DNA of 64,000 nucleotides, taken from positions 1 through 64,000 of IMG/VR virus record IMGVR_UViG_3300031851_000004; one strand, given 5' to 3'. Shown here piece after piece: positions 39,738-49,129 of the stretch (its first letter is position 1; every line of letters starts with the position of its first letter). The notes under the pieces are model-generated. The model ran no database searches. It saw only the letters and a program-made list of their open reading frames with translations, and was not told where the DNA came from. Both the position numbers and the translations under genes were made by a program. Source of the DNA: a virus.

Positions 39738-41600
39738 ATGGGAGCTGGAATTAGACGGAATTTTGGAAGCAGGCAAGTTGGCAAAATAGGAAATACTACA
39801 CCTAAAGTATTTTTCTCCAATCCTGCGGGTGAAAATTCGTTTGCTTCAGAGACTTACACAAATAAGTATGGTCAAAATACATTGCCCGAAAGTTTAAGAA
39901 GGCACGGGTATCCTGTTATAAAGAACGAATTAGCTCCCAAGCCTTTTTATGAAAAACAGGAAGTTAGATATCCAGCTAAAGACTTCCATGATCTGGGGTT
40001 TTTTAACGGATTTCCGTTTTTATTATCTAAAGAAATGGATCATTTGCATTGCCCCATGGATGAAGTTCAAATTGGTAGCGATTTTTCCTTTCTCCCAAGC
40101 GGTATTTCACAAAGAAACGCAACAAATGTTGTTGTTGATGTGTCTGACAATAATTCAAAGGTCTTGGGTGGTGGGTTTGACCTAGCTCCAGCAATTAATA
40201 CTTTCACCCCAGAAACACACCCTAGGGTTGTTGCTAGTAATCATTATTGGAATCTTGCTTGTATAGAAACTGATTGGGCTATACATACAACAAATGCTCC
40301 AGCGACCTATGAGACAGGTTATTGTTATAATCCAGATGGCACATCAAGTAGCGGCATTCAGCTAGTGACCCAAGATTTTGAAGTTGTTGAGAGCTACAAC
40401 GAAGAGAGTTTCCCCCCTCATATGAGGCAATATCTTGACCCAACTGGATCACGTCAAACTCAAAGCATTGATGAAGACGGTTTAATAGTTGGTTCTGGCC
40501 AGTCTTTTTCTTCTTGTTTTTTTCTTGGAGATAACACGGGTAATTATGCTAATGTTTTCTTCCCGTTAACAATACAGCCAGAAAACACAGGAGCTTTTGT
40601 TATTACTTTAGACGAGGGTGTGGCTGAGTATTTTGACGGTCACTCAGATTATTCATCAAAAAAAGCTTTTAATTGTAACATGATGTTTGATTTCAACATT
40701 CAAAGTAGAGACGAAGAAGGTTTTGAAAGAAACGCTATTGAATATCACTCATTCCCTACAAAAGCCTATATAATACCAGCAGCAGGATGGGACTTTGAAG
40801 TTATTTGTTCGAAAGTAAAAGGGATTTATTATCAATATGATTTTAATCCAGCAAAAAGATATGTTGGTGACCAAGCTAGTTATCGTAATTATAGACCAAA
40901 ATCAGATGGGGATTTAAAATTAATACACCCAAGAACTACGACTAGAGATCGTGGGCACAATGACATCATTTATAATGGAACAAGTTACACACACATGCCT
41001 TTTGAGCCTGCTCCTTCTTGGGCTTCAAATGCATCTGATTTTATTTATGGAAATTATTTTAAATTAGAAAAAGATAAAACTTATTTAGATCCCAAGCAGG
41101 GTGAAGATGGAGATGATTCTATATATAGACAATCATTTACAGTATCAGGCTCTTACTCTACAGAAGGTAGTTACAATCAAACAAAACCTTTTGATGTTGT
41201 AACGGCAGAAGGAGCTACTAGAGAAAGGGATACTATTGTTATAGACGATAATGTAATAGTATCTCATTACGATAAAGAAAAAGAAATTCCAGTGATGCCT
41301 ACTGTCTTTAAAATTGTTCCAGCGACTCATTTTACTAATACTCCCTATAAAGGCACTACTCCAAATTCTTATCCCAAAGGAGTTAATCCAAGGAAGTTAA
41401 AAGATAAGATGGGTAGACTGATAGAGGAGGAGGGGATAACATCGAGCAGAACTCTTAATGTTAAAATAGGAGATTTGGTAGTTCAAAAAGTTAGTAAAAA
41501 CCCACAAGTAGGATGTGGTATAAGGAAGGCGGTTCCAGTGTCTGATAGTTTTCCAGGTTTCCAATCGACATCGCTTCCTTTTAAACGTCTAATCCGTTAA
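39738..41600 (+). CDS. large hypothetical protein, probably virion-associated
   Basis: 620 aa, rich in T/S/G/Y; lies downstream of a GTGTAA motif. Confidence 0.55.
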   Translation: MGAGIRRNFGSRQVGKIGNTTPKVFFSNPAGENSFASETYTNKYGQNTLPESLRRHGYPVIKNELAPKPFYEKQEVRYPAKDFHDLGFFNGFPFLLSKEMDHLHCPMDEVQIGSDFSFLPSGISQRNATNVVVDVSDNNSKVLGGGFDLAPAINTFTPETHPRVVASNHYWNLACIETDWAIHTTNAPATYETGYCYNPDGTSSSGIQLVTQDFEVVESYNEESFPPHMRQYLDPTGSRQTQSIDEDGLIVGSGQSFSSCFFLGDNTGNYANVFFPLTIQPENTGAFVITLDEGVAEYFDGHSDYSSKKAFNCNMMFDFNIQSRDEEGFERNAIEYHSFPTKAYIIPAAGWDFEVICSKVKGIYYQYDFNPAKRYVGDQASYRNYRPKSDGDLKLIHPRTTTRDRGHNDIIYNGTSYTHMPFEPAPSWASNASDFIYGNYFKLEKDKTYLDPKQGEDGDDSIYRQSFTVSGSYSTEGSYNQTKPFDVVTAEGATRERDTIVIDDNVIVSHYDKEKEIPVMPTVFKIVPATHFTNTPYKGTTPNSYPKGVNPRKLKDKMGRLIEEEGITSSRTLNVKIGDLVVQKVSKNPQVGCGIRKAVPVSDSFPGFQSTSLPFKRLIR

Positions 41601-41648
41601 TCAGATGAAAATAATAAATCAAATTTTAATCAATAGGAGGGGTAAATA

Positions 41649-42197
41649 ATGCCCCCACCACCAGGAGGACCAGGAACAGGAGGAGGAGGAGCGGACGCCG
41701 CTCCAGAGGACGACGGCAAGGCGCCGTACTACGTGCCATTGCTCATACCCCCAGCCCCCACAACAGCGTCAGGCGGAGCGGTTCCCGCTTCTTCTGACCA
41801 AGACGATGCTACTGGAGATCAATCTGGAAGCTCTACCACCAGCAGTCCAATCTACCAGATTACCCCAACGCTTAAATTCGGCTCGATGAATCCGAATAAC
41901 AGTAGAGGTTTTGGAATGAGTCTCGCGTTAATGAAACAAAAACAAATGACCTATAATTGGCAATCATGTAGTGCTAATAATGCTGGAAACAGAGGTGGCT
42001 CTAGCTATACTTACAATAGTCAGACCAGCAGAAAAAGCAACTATGGTATCTGTATTGGTGTTCAATATAGTTGGGACGATGCAGCTAGGGATATTGACGT
42101 AACTCTTTACGGAGAGGTTACCTTAATGCAAGATGAATTCGCGGACCTTGGCTTTGATGTTCCTGCTTTTGAGGTAGGCGTTGCCATCGGTTTTTAA
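41649..42197 (+). CDS. hypothetical protein with a P/G/A/S/T-rich N-terminus
   Basis: Preceded by AGGAGG (41635-41640); GC-rich 5' half. Confidence 0.6.
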   Translation: MPPPPGGPGTGGGGADAAPEDDGKAPYYVPLLIPPAPTTASGGAVPASSDQDDATGDQSGSSTTSSPIYQITPTLKFGSMNPNNSRGFGMSLALMKQKQMTYNWQSCSANNAGNRGGSSYTYNSQTSRKSNYGICIGVQYSWDDAARDIDVTLYGEVTLMQDEFADLGFDVPAFEVGVAIGF

Positions 42198-42246
42198 TTC
42201 TTAGCCATTACTTTAAAATCTAAAGCTCCGATATATTATATAATAT

Positions 42247-42504
42247 ATGCCAGCACCTATAATTAGTGAAGATGGAACATTTGAAAAAAGCAGCTCTTCT
42301 GCAACTCGCGCCAAATCCGTAGAAGATCCGATTGAACCTCCGCCAGTTATCTTTTTTCCAGACAGGGCTATAGAAAAATTAAAACAAACTTCTGATCATA
42401 GCGAAGGTTTAACCAACCCAACCTTTCATCAAACAGTAATGAGAAGTAAGTATCATAAAGAAACATATGGGCCTGATACATCACTTATAGTTCCAGAAGA
42501 ATGA
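42247..42504 (+). CDS. hypothetical protein
   Basis: ATGA-coupled to the next gene. Confidence 0.6.
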   Translation: MPAPIISEDGTFEKSSSSATRAKSVEDPIEPPPVIFFPDRAIEKLKQTSDHSEGLTNPTFHQTVMRSKYHKETYGPDTSLIVPEE

Positions 42505-44039
42505 CATACGCCTTACTACTCTCAGCTCTTTCCTTGTCAGCAATAGCTGCCTATTTTAGTATAATAGGTCTTTCTAATATATTTCCAGGGTCTATATATT
42601 CGATAATTACAATGGCTGTCGCTCTTGAGGTAGCAAAAATAATAGTTGCAGTCTGGGCTCATAGAAACTGGAAATCTATATCTATATTAACTAAATTTTA
42701 TTTATGTTTCTCTGTTGTAACTCTAATGGGGATAACTAGTACTGGAATCTTCGGTTTCTTAAGTAAGTCTCATGTAGAGCATGGTGCTAGTTCTAAATTC
42801 ATAAAACAAGAAATTTCAGAAATAGAAAGAAAGACTGCTCTCGAAGAAGAAAAGATAACGCGAGAAAGAGAATCTATTATCAAAAAAAATTCCTCTAAAG
42901 AAGAGGATTCAGAAACAAGATTAGAAATTAAAAAAACCTTAACTTCTGATATATCTTTAATATACTCAAGGTTAGATTTAGAGATAAATAATAACGCACT
43001 TGAATTAGAAAAACTAAGAGAAAGATTAAAAGGGTTAGACGGTTCTATGGATGACTTAAGAAATCAAAAACAAGGTTTCTTTTCTAGTAGTTCAAAAAAA
43101 ATACAAGCACTTGAGCTTTCTCAAAAAGAGGAGAGAGATTTTATCTCTAGTGAAATTAAAAAAATAAGTGAAAGAAATTCTAAATCTAAAGAATCTGCCA
43201 ATGCTAAAGTGGATTCTTTAAGGTTAAAAATTTCTGAGGCTCAAAACTCAAGACCCGAAACAAGCACTTCGGATTTAAACTTAATAGCAATTCATGAGAA
43301 AAATATAAAAGATGCTCTTTCGGCTATAGAATCCTTAAGTGTCCTTAAGTTTGATTTAGAATCAAAAAACATGGCAATAGAGAATGAGCTTGGCCCAATA
43401 AAATATATAGCGGAATTGATAGTTGAATTTGGAGGTCCAGAAGTAGGAACAGATAGGTCGATAAGAATTGTAATACTTTTAATAGTTCTAGTATTTGATC
43501 CTTTAGCTATTGTTATGATTATCTGTGCGTCTTCGGGTTTTATTACAAAGACTCCTAATCCCAAACCTAAACCAGAGCCTAAACCAGAGCCTAAGCCTAA
43601 ACCAGAGCCTAAACCAGAGCCTAAACCAGAGCCTAAACCAGAGCCTAAACCAGAGCCTAAGCCTAAACCTAAGCCTAAACCAGAGCCTAAGCCTAAACCA
43701 AAGCCTAGGCCAGAGCCTAAACCAGAGCCAAAGCCTAAGCCCAAACCAGAGCCTGATCTAGTTTGGATTTCAAACAGGGATCTTATCATAAAAGCTATCA
43801 AGGACAATAGCTACTCAAACGAACAGCTTCAATGGTTCTACAGGTGGGTTTATTCAGGCAAACCAGACACTCATAAAAACATGATAAGTGTTAAAAAGTT
43901 TAACTCTTTCACGGAAGAAGAAAAGCGAAAAATAATACTTGAATGCAAAGCTGCTATTCTAAAAAATGTTTATAGGCATAAAGATGGATATCAATATTTG
44001 GAAAAAATAATCGTCCCAAATATTGATTTTGACAAATAG
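42501..44039 (+). CDS. 4-TM coiled-coil membrane protein with a PEPK linker
   Basis: Three N-terminal TMs ([17 protein letters not shown]), long coiled coil, [17 protein letters not shown]; pattern recalled from large-phage membrane proteins. Confidence 0.75.
   Translation: MTYALLLSALSLSAIAAYFSIIGLSNIFPGSIYSIITMAVALEVAKIIVAVWAHRNWKSISILTKFYLCFSVVTLMGITSTGIFGFLSKSHVEHGASSKFIKQEISEIERKTALEEEKITRERESIIKKNSSKEEDSETRLEIKKTLTSDISLIYSRLDLEINNNALELEKLRERLKGLDGSMDDLRNQKQGFFSSSSKKIQALELSQKEERDFISSEIKKISERNSKSKESANAKVDSLRLKISEAQNSRPETSTSDLNLIAIHEKNIKDALSAIESLSVLKFDLESKNMAIENELGPIKYIAELIVEFGGPEVGTDRSIRIVILLIVLVFDPLAIVMIICASSGFITKTPNPKPKPEPKPEPKPKPEPKPEPKPEPKPEPKPEPKPKPKPKPEPKPKPKPRPEPKPEPKPKPKPEPDLVWISNRDLIIKAIKDNSYSNEQLQWFYRWVYSGKPDTHKNMISVKKFNSFTEEEKRKIILECKAAILKNVYRHKDGYQYLEKIIVPNIDFDK
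43554..43754 (+). repeat. coding tandem repeat, 12-bp unit CCTAAACCAGAG with 6-bp variants (PK/PE)n
   Basis: Directly visible; about 67 codons of alternating Pro. Confidence 0.95.
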
Positions 44040-44041
44040 GC

Positions 44042-44071
44042 TTGACTTTTATATAGGTTCCATGCTATGAT
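44042..44071 (+). promoter_or_regulatory. sigma70-like promoter, probably leaderless
   Basis: TTGACT-N18-TATGAT with extended TG, then 6 nt to ATG. Confidence 0.6.
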
Positions 44072-44077
44072 ATATAC

Positions 44078-44821
44078 ATGTTACCTTTATTTAAATCTGA
44101 TTTTTCTATAGGGAAAAGTATACTTCGCTTGGATTTAAAATCAATTTCCGAAAAACCAGATTCCAGCATTTTCAATATTTTATCCGAAAACAGTTTATCA
44201 AAACTAGTATTGGTTGAAGACTCCATGATCGGATTTATGGAAGCTTTTAGTAACTGCAAAGAGTTAGGTATTGATTTAATATATGGCATCAAAATAACCG
44301 TGGCAGAAAATTTAGATCCTAAAACATCTCATAAAATTATAATTTTTGCTAAAAACGAATTCGGATGTAAGTCTTTAAGTAAAATTTATACTTATTCTCA
44401 GGTTGATGGTGGAGGTTTTATAGATTATAAAAATTTAAAAAAACTTTGGAGTGATAACCTTTTTTTAGCTATACCGTTTTATGATTCTTTTATATTTAAT
44501 AACATTATGTATTTCAATGAATGTATTCCTGAGTTTTCTTTTGTTGAGCCAACCTTCTTTATAGAGTCGAACAATCTTCCTTTTGATGATTTAATAAAGA
44601 CTCATGTTCTCAATTATTGTGAAGTTAATAAATTTAAAACAAACGATGTTAAAAGTATTTATTATAATAAAAGATCAGATTTTTCCGCCTATCAGACTTA
44701 TAAATGTTTGTGCAACAGAGGTCCATCCACAAGATCGCTTAGCTTGGAAACCCCTAATTTGAACCACTGCTCTAGTGATGAGTTTTGCTTTGAAAGTTAT
44801 TTAGATCATGAAAGCTCTTAA
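44078..44821 (+). CDS. stand-alone PHP domain of DNA polymerase III alpha
   Basis: LPLFKSDFS, GIDLIYG, IIIFAKNEFG...L..I and GFIDY align with the DnaE N-terminus; the metal-binding HxH is lost. Confidence 0.8.
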   Translation: MLPLFKSDFSIGKSILRLDLKSISEKPDSSIFNILSENSLSKLVLVEDSMIGFMEAFSNCKELGIDLIYGIKITVAENLDPKTSHKIIIFAKNEFGCKSLSKIYTYSQVDGGGFIDYKNLKKLWSDNLFLAIPFYDSFIFNNIMYFNECIPEFSFVEPTFFIESNNLPFDDLIKTHVLNYCEVNKFKTNDVKSIYYNKRSDFSAYQTYKCLCNRGPSTRSLSLETPNLNHCSSDEFCFESYLDHESS

Positions 44822-45776
44822 ATACTCAGATATATGCTTAATACCTAATTACAGTGAGGTTCATAGTAGAGCTGACTGCGATACTTCCATAGATTTATTT
44901 GGTAAAAAATATTTACTACCAATTATCCCTGCAAATATGAAATCGGTAATAGATATGAACATTTCTAAGTGGATGAGTTCTCATGGTTATTTTTATATTA
45001 TGCATAGATTTGATAGCAACTTGTCGGACGATGTAGCCTTAGCAAATTCTGAAGGCTGGGATACAATATCTTTTAGTGTTGGTGTAAAACTCAAAGATAA
45101 GCTTGAAATAACCAAAATCTCAAAGTGTTCTAATTTAAGAGTTGACTTTATCACTATAGATATAGCTCATGGTTATTGTCAAAGAATGAAAGGGATGATT
45201 AATCACATAAAAAAACATTTACCTAAGACAAGAATTATTGCTGGTAATGTGGCTAGCTCATGTGCGGTTAAAGAGTTGGCTAATTGGGGGGCAGACATAG
45301 TTAAAGTCGGAATAGGTCAGGGCTCTCCATGTACTACTAAAGATAAAACTGGATTTACTATGCCTATGTTTACATGCGTTCAAGAATGCTCTAATGTTAT
45401 ATCAGATAATAGAACATTTGTTCCAATAATTGCTGATGGAGGAATAAAATGCAACGGAGATATAGCAAAGTCTCTAGTTGCTGGAGCTAGGATGGCTATG
45501 GCTGGAGGTTTATTTGCCGCTTGTACAGATAGCCCAGCAGTTACAAGTACTATTAATGATGTCCCTCACAAAGCATACTTTGGTTCTGCGAGTGCAGAAA
45601 ACAAAGGTCACAGTAATAATATAGAAGGAAGATTAACAAACATTACTTGCAATAGCATGACTATAGGCGAAAAGTTTGGCGAAATAACTCAAGACTTACA
45701 AAGTTCCATAAGTTATGCTGGTGGAAGCTCTTTGAAATCATTAAAAGAAGGGGTTAAATACAGAGAAATATTATGA
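44808..45776 (+). CDS. guaC: GMP reductase
   Basis: Y.DI.LIP, PIIPANM, HRF, IDIAHG, AGNV, KVGIG.GSPCTTK.KTGF, IIADGGI and LQSSISYAGG motifs. Confidence 0.93.
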   Translation: MKALKYSDICLIPNYSEVHSRADCDTSIDLFGKKYLLPIIPANMKSVIDMNISKWMSSHGYFYIMHRFDSNLSDDVALANSEGWDTISFSVGVKLKDKLEITKISKCSNLRVDFITIDIAHGYCQRMKGMINHIKKHLPKTRIIAGNVASSCAVKELANWGADIVKVGIGQGSPCTTKDKTGFTMPMFTCVQECSNVISDNRTFVPIIADGGIKCNGDIAKSLVAGARMAMAGGLFAACTDSPAVTSTINDVPHKAYFGSASAENKGHSNNIEGRLTNITCNSMTIGEKFGEITQDLQSSISYAGGSSLKSLKEGVKYREIL

Positions 45777-45946
45777 ATAAGCAAAAAGTATCACAAATAA
45801 AAAAGATAATTAACTACGACCCTTCTATAAAAGAACATAAAAGGATGCTAAGAAGACTTAAAAAAGAATATCAAAAACTTCCTAAAGGAAGCAAGGTTAA
45901 TTTAATAGAAGACTTAAAGAAAACTTTTAAAACAGAAGATGAATGA
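45773..45946 (+). CDS. 57-aa basic ORF (absent from ORF track)
   Basis: MNKQKVSQIKKIINYDPSIKEHKRMLRRLKKEYQK...; ATGA overlap with guaC and overlap with the next start. Confidence 0.65.
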   Translation: MNKQKVSQIKKIINYDPSIKEHKRMLRRLKKEYQKLPKGSKVNLIEDLKKTFKTEDE

Positions 45947-46580
45947 AGAATTATTAAGATTTAAAAAGAATCAAAAGTATTTAATATTTGATTATGAAAC
46001 ATGTAATTTGAACCTTAATCATTACAGTAATAAGCCTTGGCAGTTAGGGTTCATTATTGCAAAGGGCAGTAAGGTAATAAACAAGTATGATTTCTACTTA
46101 AGTTGGGATGATTTAAAAATGTCTAAAGAAGCAGAAAGAATAACTCAATTTTCTAAATCCAAATACGACAAACTAAAGCAAGACTCAAAAAAATGTTTAA
46201 ATGAATTTGAAAAATATTTATATGATGAAGAGTATTTAATTGTAGGCCACAATATTCTTGGGTTTGATGTTTATATGCATAACATACATAGAGCGTTGCT
46301 TGGGTTAAAATCAGACTACTCTTATATAAATAGAATTTTAGATACTAATTGTTTGGCTAGAGGCATAAAAAATGATATTGCTTTCTCTAAAAACGACAGT
46401 ATAATAAGCTATCAATACAAACTTCATCACTTGAGAACTAGAGGTATAAAAACTAATTTAAAACAACTTTGCAAAGATTACTCGTTAGAGTTTGATGATA
46501 AAAAACTTCACGAAGCTCTTTATGATGTTGAAAAAACTTTTGAAGTATTGAATAAGATATTATGGCAGCTAGAGATTTAA
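45939..46580 (+). CDS. DEDDh 3'-5' exonuclease (DnaQ/epsilon-like)
   Basis: FDYET, GHN..GFD, LDT and HEALYD motifs. Confidence 0.9.
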   Translation: MNEELLRFKKNQKYLIFDYETCNLNLNHYSNKPWQLGFIIAKGSKVINKYDFYLSWDDLKMSKEAERITQFSKSKYDKLKQDSKKCLNEFEKYLYDEEYLIVGHNILGFDVYMHNIHRALLGLKSDYSYINRILDTNCLARGIKNDIAFSKNDSIISYQYKLHHLRTRGIKTNLKQLCKDYSLEFDDKKLHEALYDVEKTFEVLNKILWQLEI

Positions 46581-49129
46581 ACAATAAATTTTACGAAAAC
46601 TTCTCTTCGTATGAAGGTTGTATTCCTCCAGGAGTTAGATTGCCAGAAATCATAATAGATGATAAGTACTATAATGATTTAAAAATAAAACCTAAATCAA
46701 TATCCAACTTCAATTTTTTAAAAAAAATATGTACAGAAGGTTTTAAGTTAAAAAATATAGATGAAAATAATAATATTTATTTAAATAGGCTAAACTCAGA
46801 GCTTAATACGTTAAAATCTCTTGGTTTTATAGATTACATCTTACTCAACTGGGATATAATAAATTATTGTCATATTGAGGGTATTCCAACAGGCCCTGGA
46901 AGGGGCTCCGCAGCAGGCTCTCTAGTTTTATTCTTAATAGGTGTAACAAAAGTAGACCCAATTAAGTATGAACTTTTCTTTGAAAGGTTTGTCTCAAAAA
47001 GCAGGGCAAAAAAGACAGAAAAAGATGGAATTGTTTATTTGGATGGAAGCTTGCTGGCTGATATAGATAATGACATTGCTTATGAGCATAGGCAAAAAGT
47101 TATTGAATATATAGAAAAAAAATACCCATCAAGAACTGCTAAAATTTTAACACTTAATACTCTTAGCGGAAAGCTTTGCGTTAAAGAATGCGGGAAAATT
47201 GCTGGGCAAATGTCTGAACAAGAGGTTAATGTAATTAGCGACATGATCCCTAAAGAGTATGGAGTAGTAATGAAGCTAGGTAAAGCGATTAACGAAAGTG
47301 AAAAATTTAAAGAATTCTCTCAGAAAAATGAAGCAATATACGATATTTGTTTAAAGATAGAAGGTTTAAAGAAAAACGTGGGAGTGCATCCTTCTGGAAT
47401 AGCTATATCCTATGATAAGATTTCGGAAATATGTCCGTTACAAAAAACGAATGATGGCTCCCTCGTTAGCGGTTATGACATGAATTGGGTCTCTGAGTTA
47501 ATGGTGAAGTTTGATATATTAGGCTTACGTACTTTATCCGCAATTCATCACACTTGCCGATCTATAAACATAGAACCTGGCGATATAGACTTATCTTCCG
47601 ATAAAATATTTGCTCACTTATCTAAGTTAGAAAATCCTCATGGATTGTTTCAGATAGAAGCTAGTGCAAACTATATGGTTTGTAAAAAAATAAAACCAAG
47701 GAGCTTGGAAGAGCTTAGCGCTGTAATTGCTATAGCGAGACCAGGAGCTATGGATTTTGTTGACCATTACCAGAGATATGTAGAGACTGGTAACTCACAA
47801 AGTATTCATCCCTTCTTTGATGATGTTCTGGGCTATACAGGAGGAATACCTCTATACCAAGAGCAGTTGATGAAAATGGCTGTAAAAGTCGGCTTCAGTC
47901 TGGAAGAGTCAGAAGAATTGAGGCGTATAGTTGGAAAGAAAAAGGTAGATCAAATGCCTAAATGGAAGAAAAAGATAGATAAAAAAGTAAAAGAAAAAAA
48001 TCTTGATCAATCTGTGTCTGATATTTTATGGAAGGTAGCTGAAGATAGTGCTAACTATTCATTTAATAAAAGCCACTCAATATCTTATTCTTTTTTGGCG
48101 GCTTGGACTTGTTATTTAAAATTTAATTTCCCACAAGAGTTCTTTTTAAGCTTACTTAGGATGACTAAATACGAACCCAGTCCTCAAGAAGAGATAAGTA
48201 AAATAAGCCAAGAGTTATCCTTCTTTGGGATAGAGTTGCTTCCTCCAGATCTAGCTTTATCGGACATGGACTTCTCTAAAGAGGGAAAAAACATTAGGTT
48301 TGGGCTGAATAGTATAAAAGGCATAAGTGAGAAATCTTTATCTTATTTGAAAGACTTTAGATCATCAAATCAACCTAATAAATATGAAACTTTTATGTCG
48401 GCAAAAGATTCTGGTTTAAATATAGGAGTTCTTTCTGCGTTGATACAAGCAGGAGCTTTGTCTTCTTTTAAAACCAATAGACCTAGGTTAGTTCTTGAAG
48501 CACAGGTTTTTAACCTTTTAACCGACAGAGAAAAAAGAAATTTCACTTCGATTGGCGATGAGTATAGTTTTGATATATTAAGCTCTATTGATGTTGCCGT
48601 AAAAAATCAAAAGGTAGGTGATGACGGCAAACCTATAATTAAACCTTCAAGATTTGAGACTTTGAAGAAAAAATACCAGTCTTACAAAAAAATATATGAG
48701 CAAAATAAAAAATATGAAGACTTTGCTAATTGGTATTTTGAAAAATCTTTACTTGGATTTAGTTATAGTAATGAGTTAAGAAACTGTTTTGGTAATAATA
48801 AAAATTTAAAAAATTCGCTAGATGTTTACTCGGCAAGCAAGGGTGATAAGATAAAATGTATAGCTGTTGTTGAAGATTCCTTTTCTAGAAAAAGTAAAAA
48901 TGGAAATGATTACTTAAAACTAACATTAAGTGATGAATTCGGGAGGTATGATGCTATATTGGTTGACGGTAGGTTTAAAAATTTTACTAAATTTAAAAAT
49001 AAATCTAAGATGCCAGAAAAAACAAGTATAGTTATATTTTTAGGCTCAAAAGGAGAAGATATTATCTTCTTAGAAGAACTTTCTATTGTCGATGAAAAAA
49101 TTTATATGAAACTGTCCGATTTAAGATAA
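46562..49129 (+). CDS. dnaE: DNA polymerase III alpha, catalytic part without PHP
   Basis: GPGRGSAAGS, FERF, DIDND, HPSG, KFDILGL, YQEQ, YSFNKSH, IRFGL.SIKG motifs and a C-terminal OB fold. Confidence 0.95.
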   Translation: MAARDLNNKFYENFSSYEGCIPPGVRLPEIIIDDKYYNDLKIKPKSISNFNFLKKICTEGFKLKNIDENNNIYLNRLNSELNTLKSLGFIDYILLNWDIINYCHIEGIPTGPGRGSAAGSLVLFLIGVTKVDPIKYELFFERFVSKSRAKKTEKDGIVYLDGSLLADIDNDIAYEHRQKVIEYIEKKYPSRTAKILTLNTLSGKLCVKECGKIAGQMSEQEVNVISDMIPKEYGVVMKLGKAINESEKFKEFSQKNEAIYDICLKIEGLKKNVGVHPSGIAISYDKISEICPLQKTNDGSLVSGYDMNWVSELMVKFDILGLRTLSAIHHTCRSINIEPGDIDLSSDKIFAHLSKLENPHGLFQIEASANYMVCKKIKPRSLEELSAVIAIARPGAMDFVDHYQRYVETGNSQSIHPFFDDVLGYTGGIPLYQEQLMKMAVKVGFSLEESEELRRIVGKKKVDQMPKWKKKIDKKVKEKNLDQSVSDILWKVAEDSANYSFNKSHSISYSFLAAWTCYLKFNFPQEFFLSLLRMTKYEPSPQEEISKISQELSFFGIELLPPDLALSDMDFSKEGKNIRFGLNSIKGISEKSLSYLKDFRSSNQPNKYETFMSAKDSGLNIGVLSALIQAGALSSFKTNRPRLVLEAQVFNLLTDREKRNFTSIGDEYSFDILSSIDVAVKNQKVGDDGKPIIKPSRFETLKKKYQSYKKIYEQNKKYEDFANWYFEKSLLGFSYSNELRNCFGNNKNLKNSLDVYSASKGDKIKCIAVVEDSFSRKSKNGNDYLKLTLSDEFGRYDAILVDGRFKNFTKFKNKSKMPEKTSIVIFLGSKGEDIIFLEELSIVDEKIYMKLSDLR

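Noticed and set aside
43554-43754. Possible CRISPR array
   Set aside because: Contiguous 6/12-bp coding units with no unique spacers.
43292-43807. Minus-strand GSGL-repeat ORF and the alternative-frame NQSL-repeat ORF (43525-43761)
   Set aside because: Both are shadows of the stop-free PEPK repeat inside the real plus-strand gene.
44078-49129. Split intein in DnaE; inteins or introns in nrdA, recA or dnaB
   Set aside because: No intein terminal motifs or insertions; the genes are of normal or reduced length.
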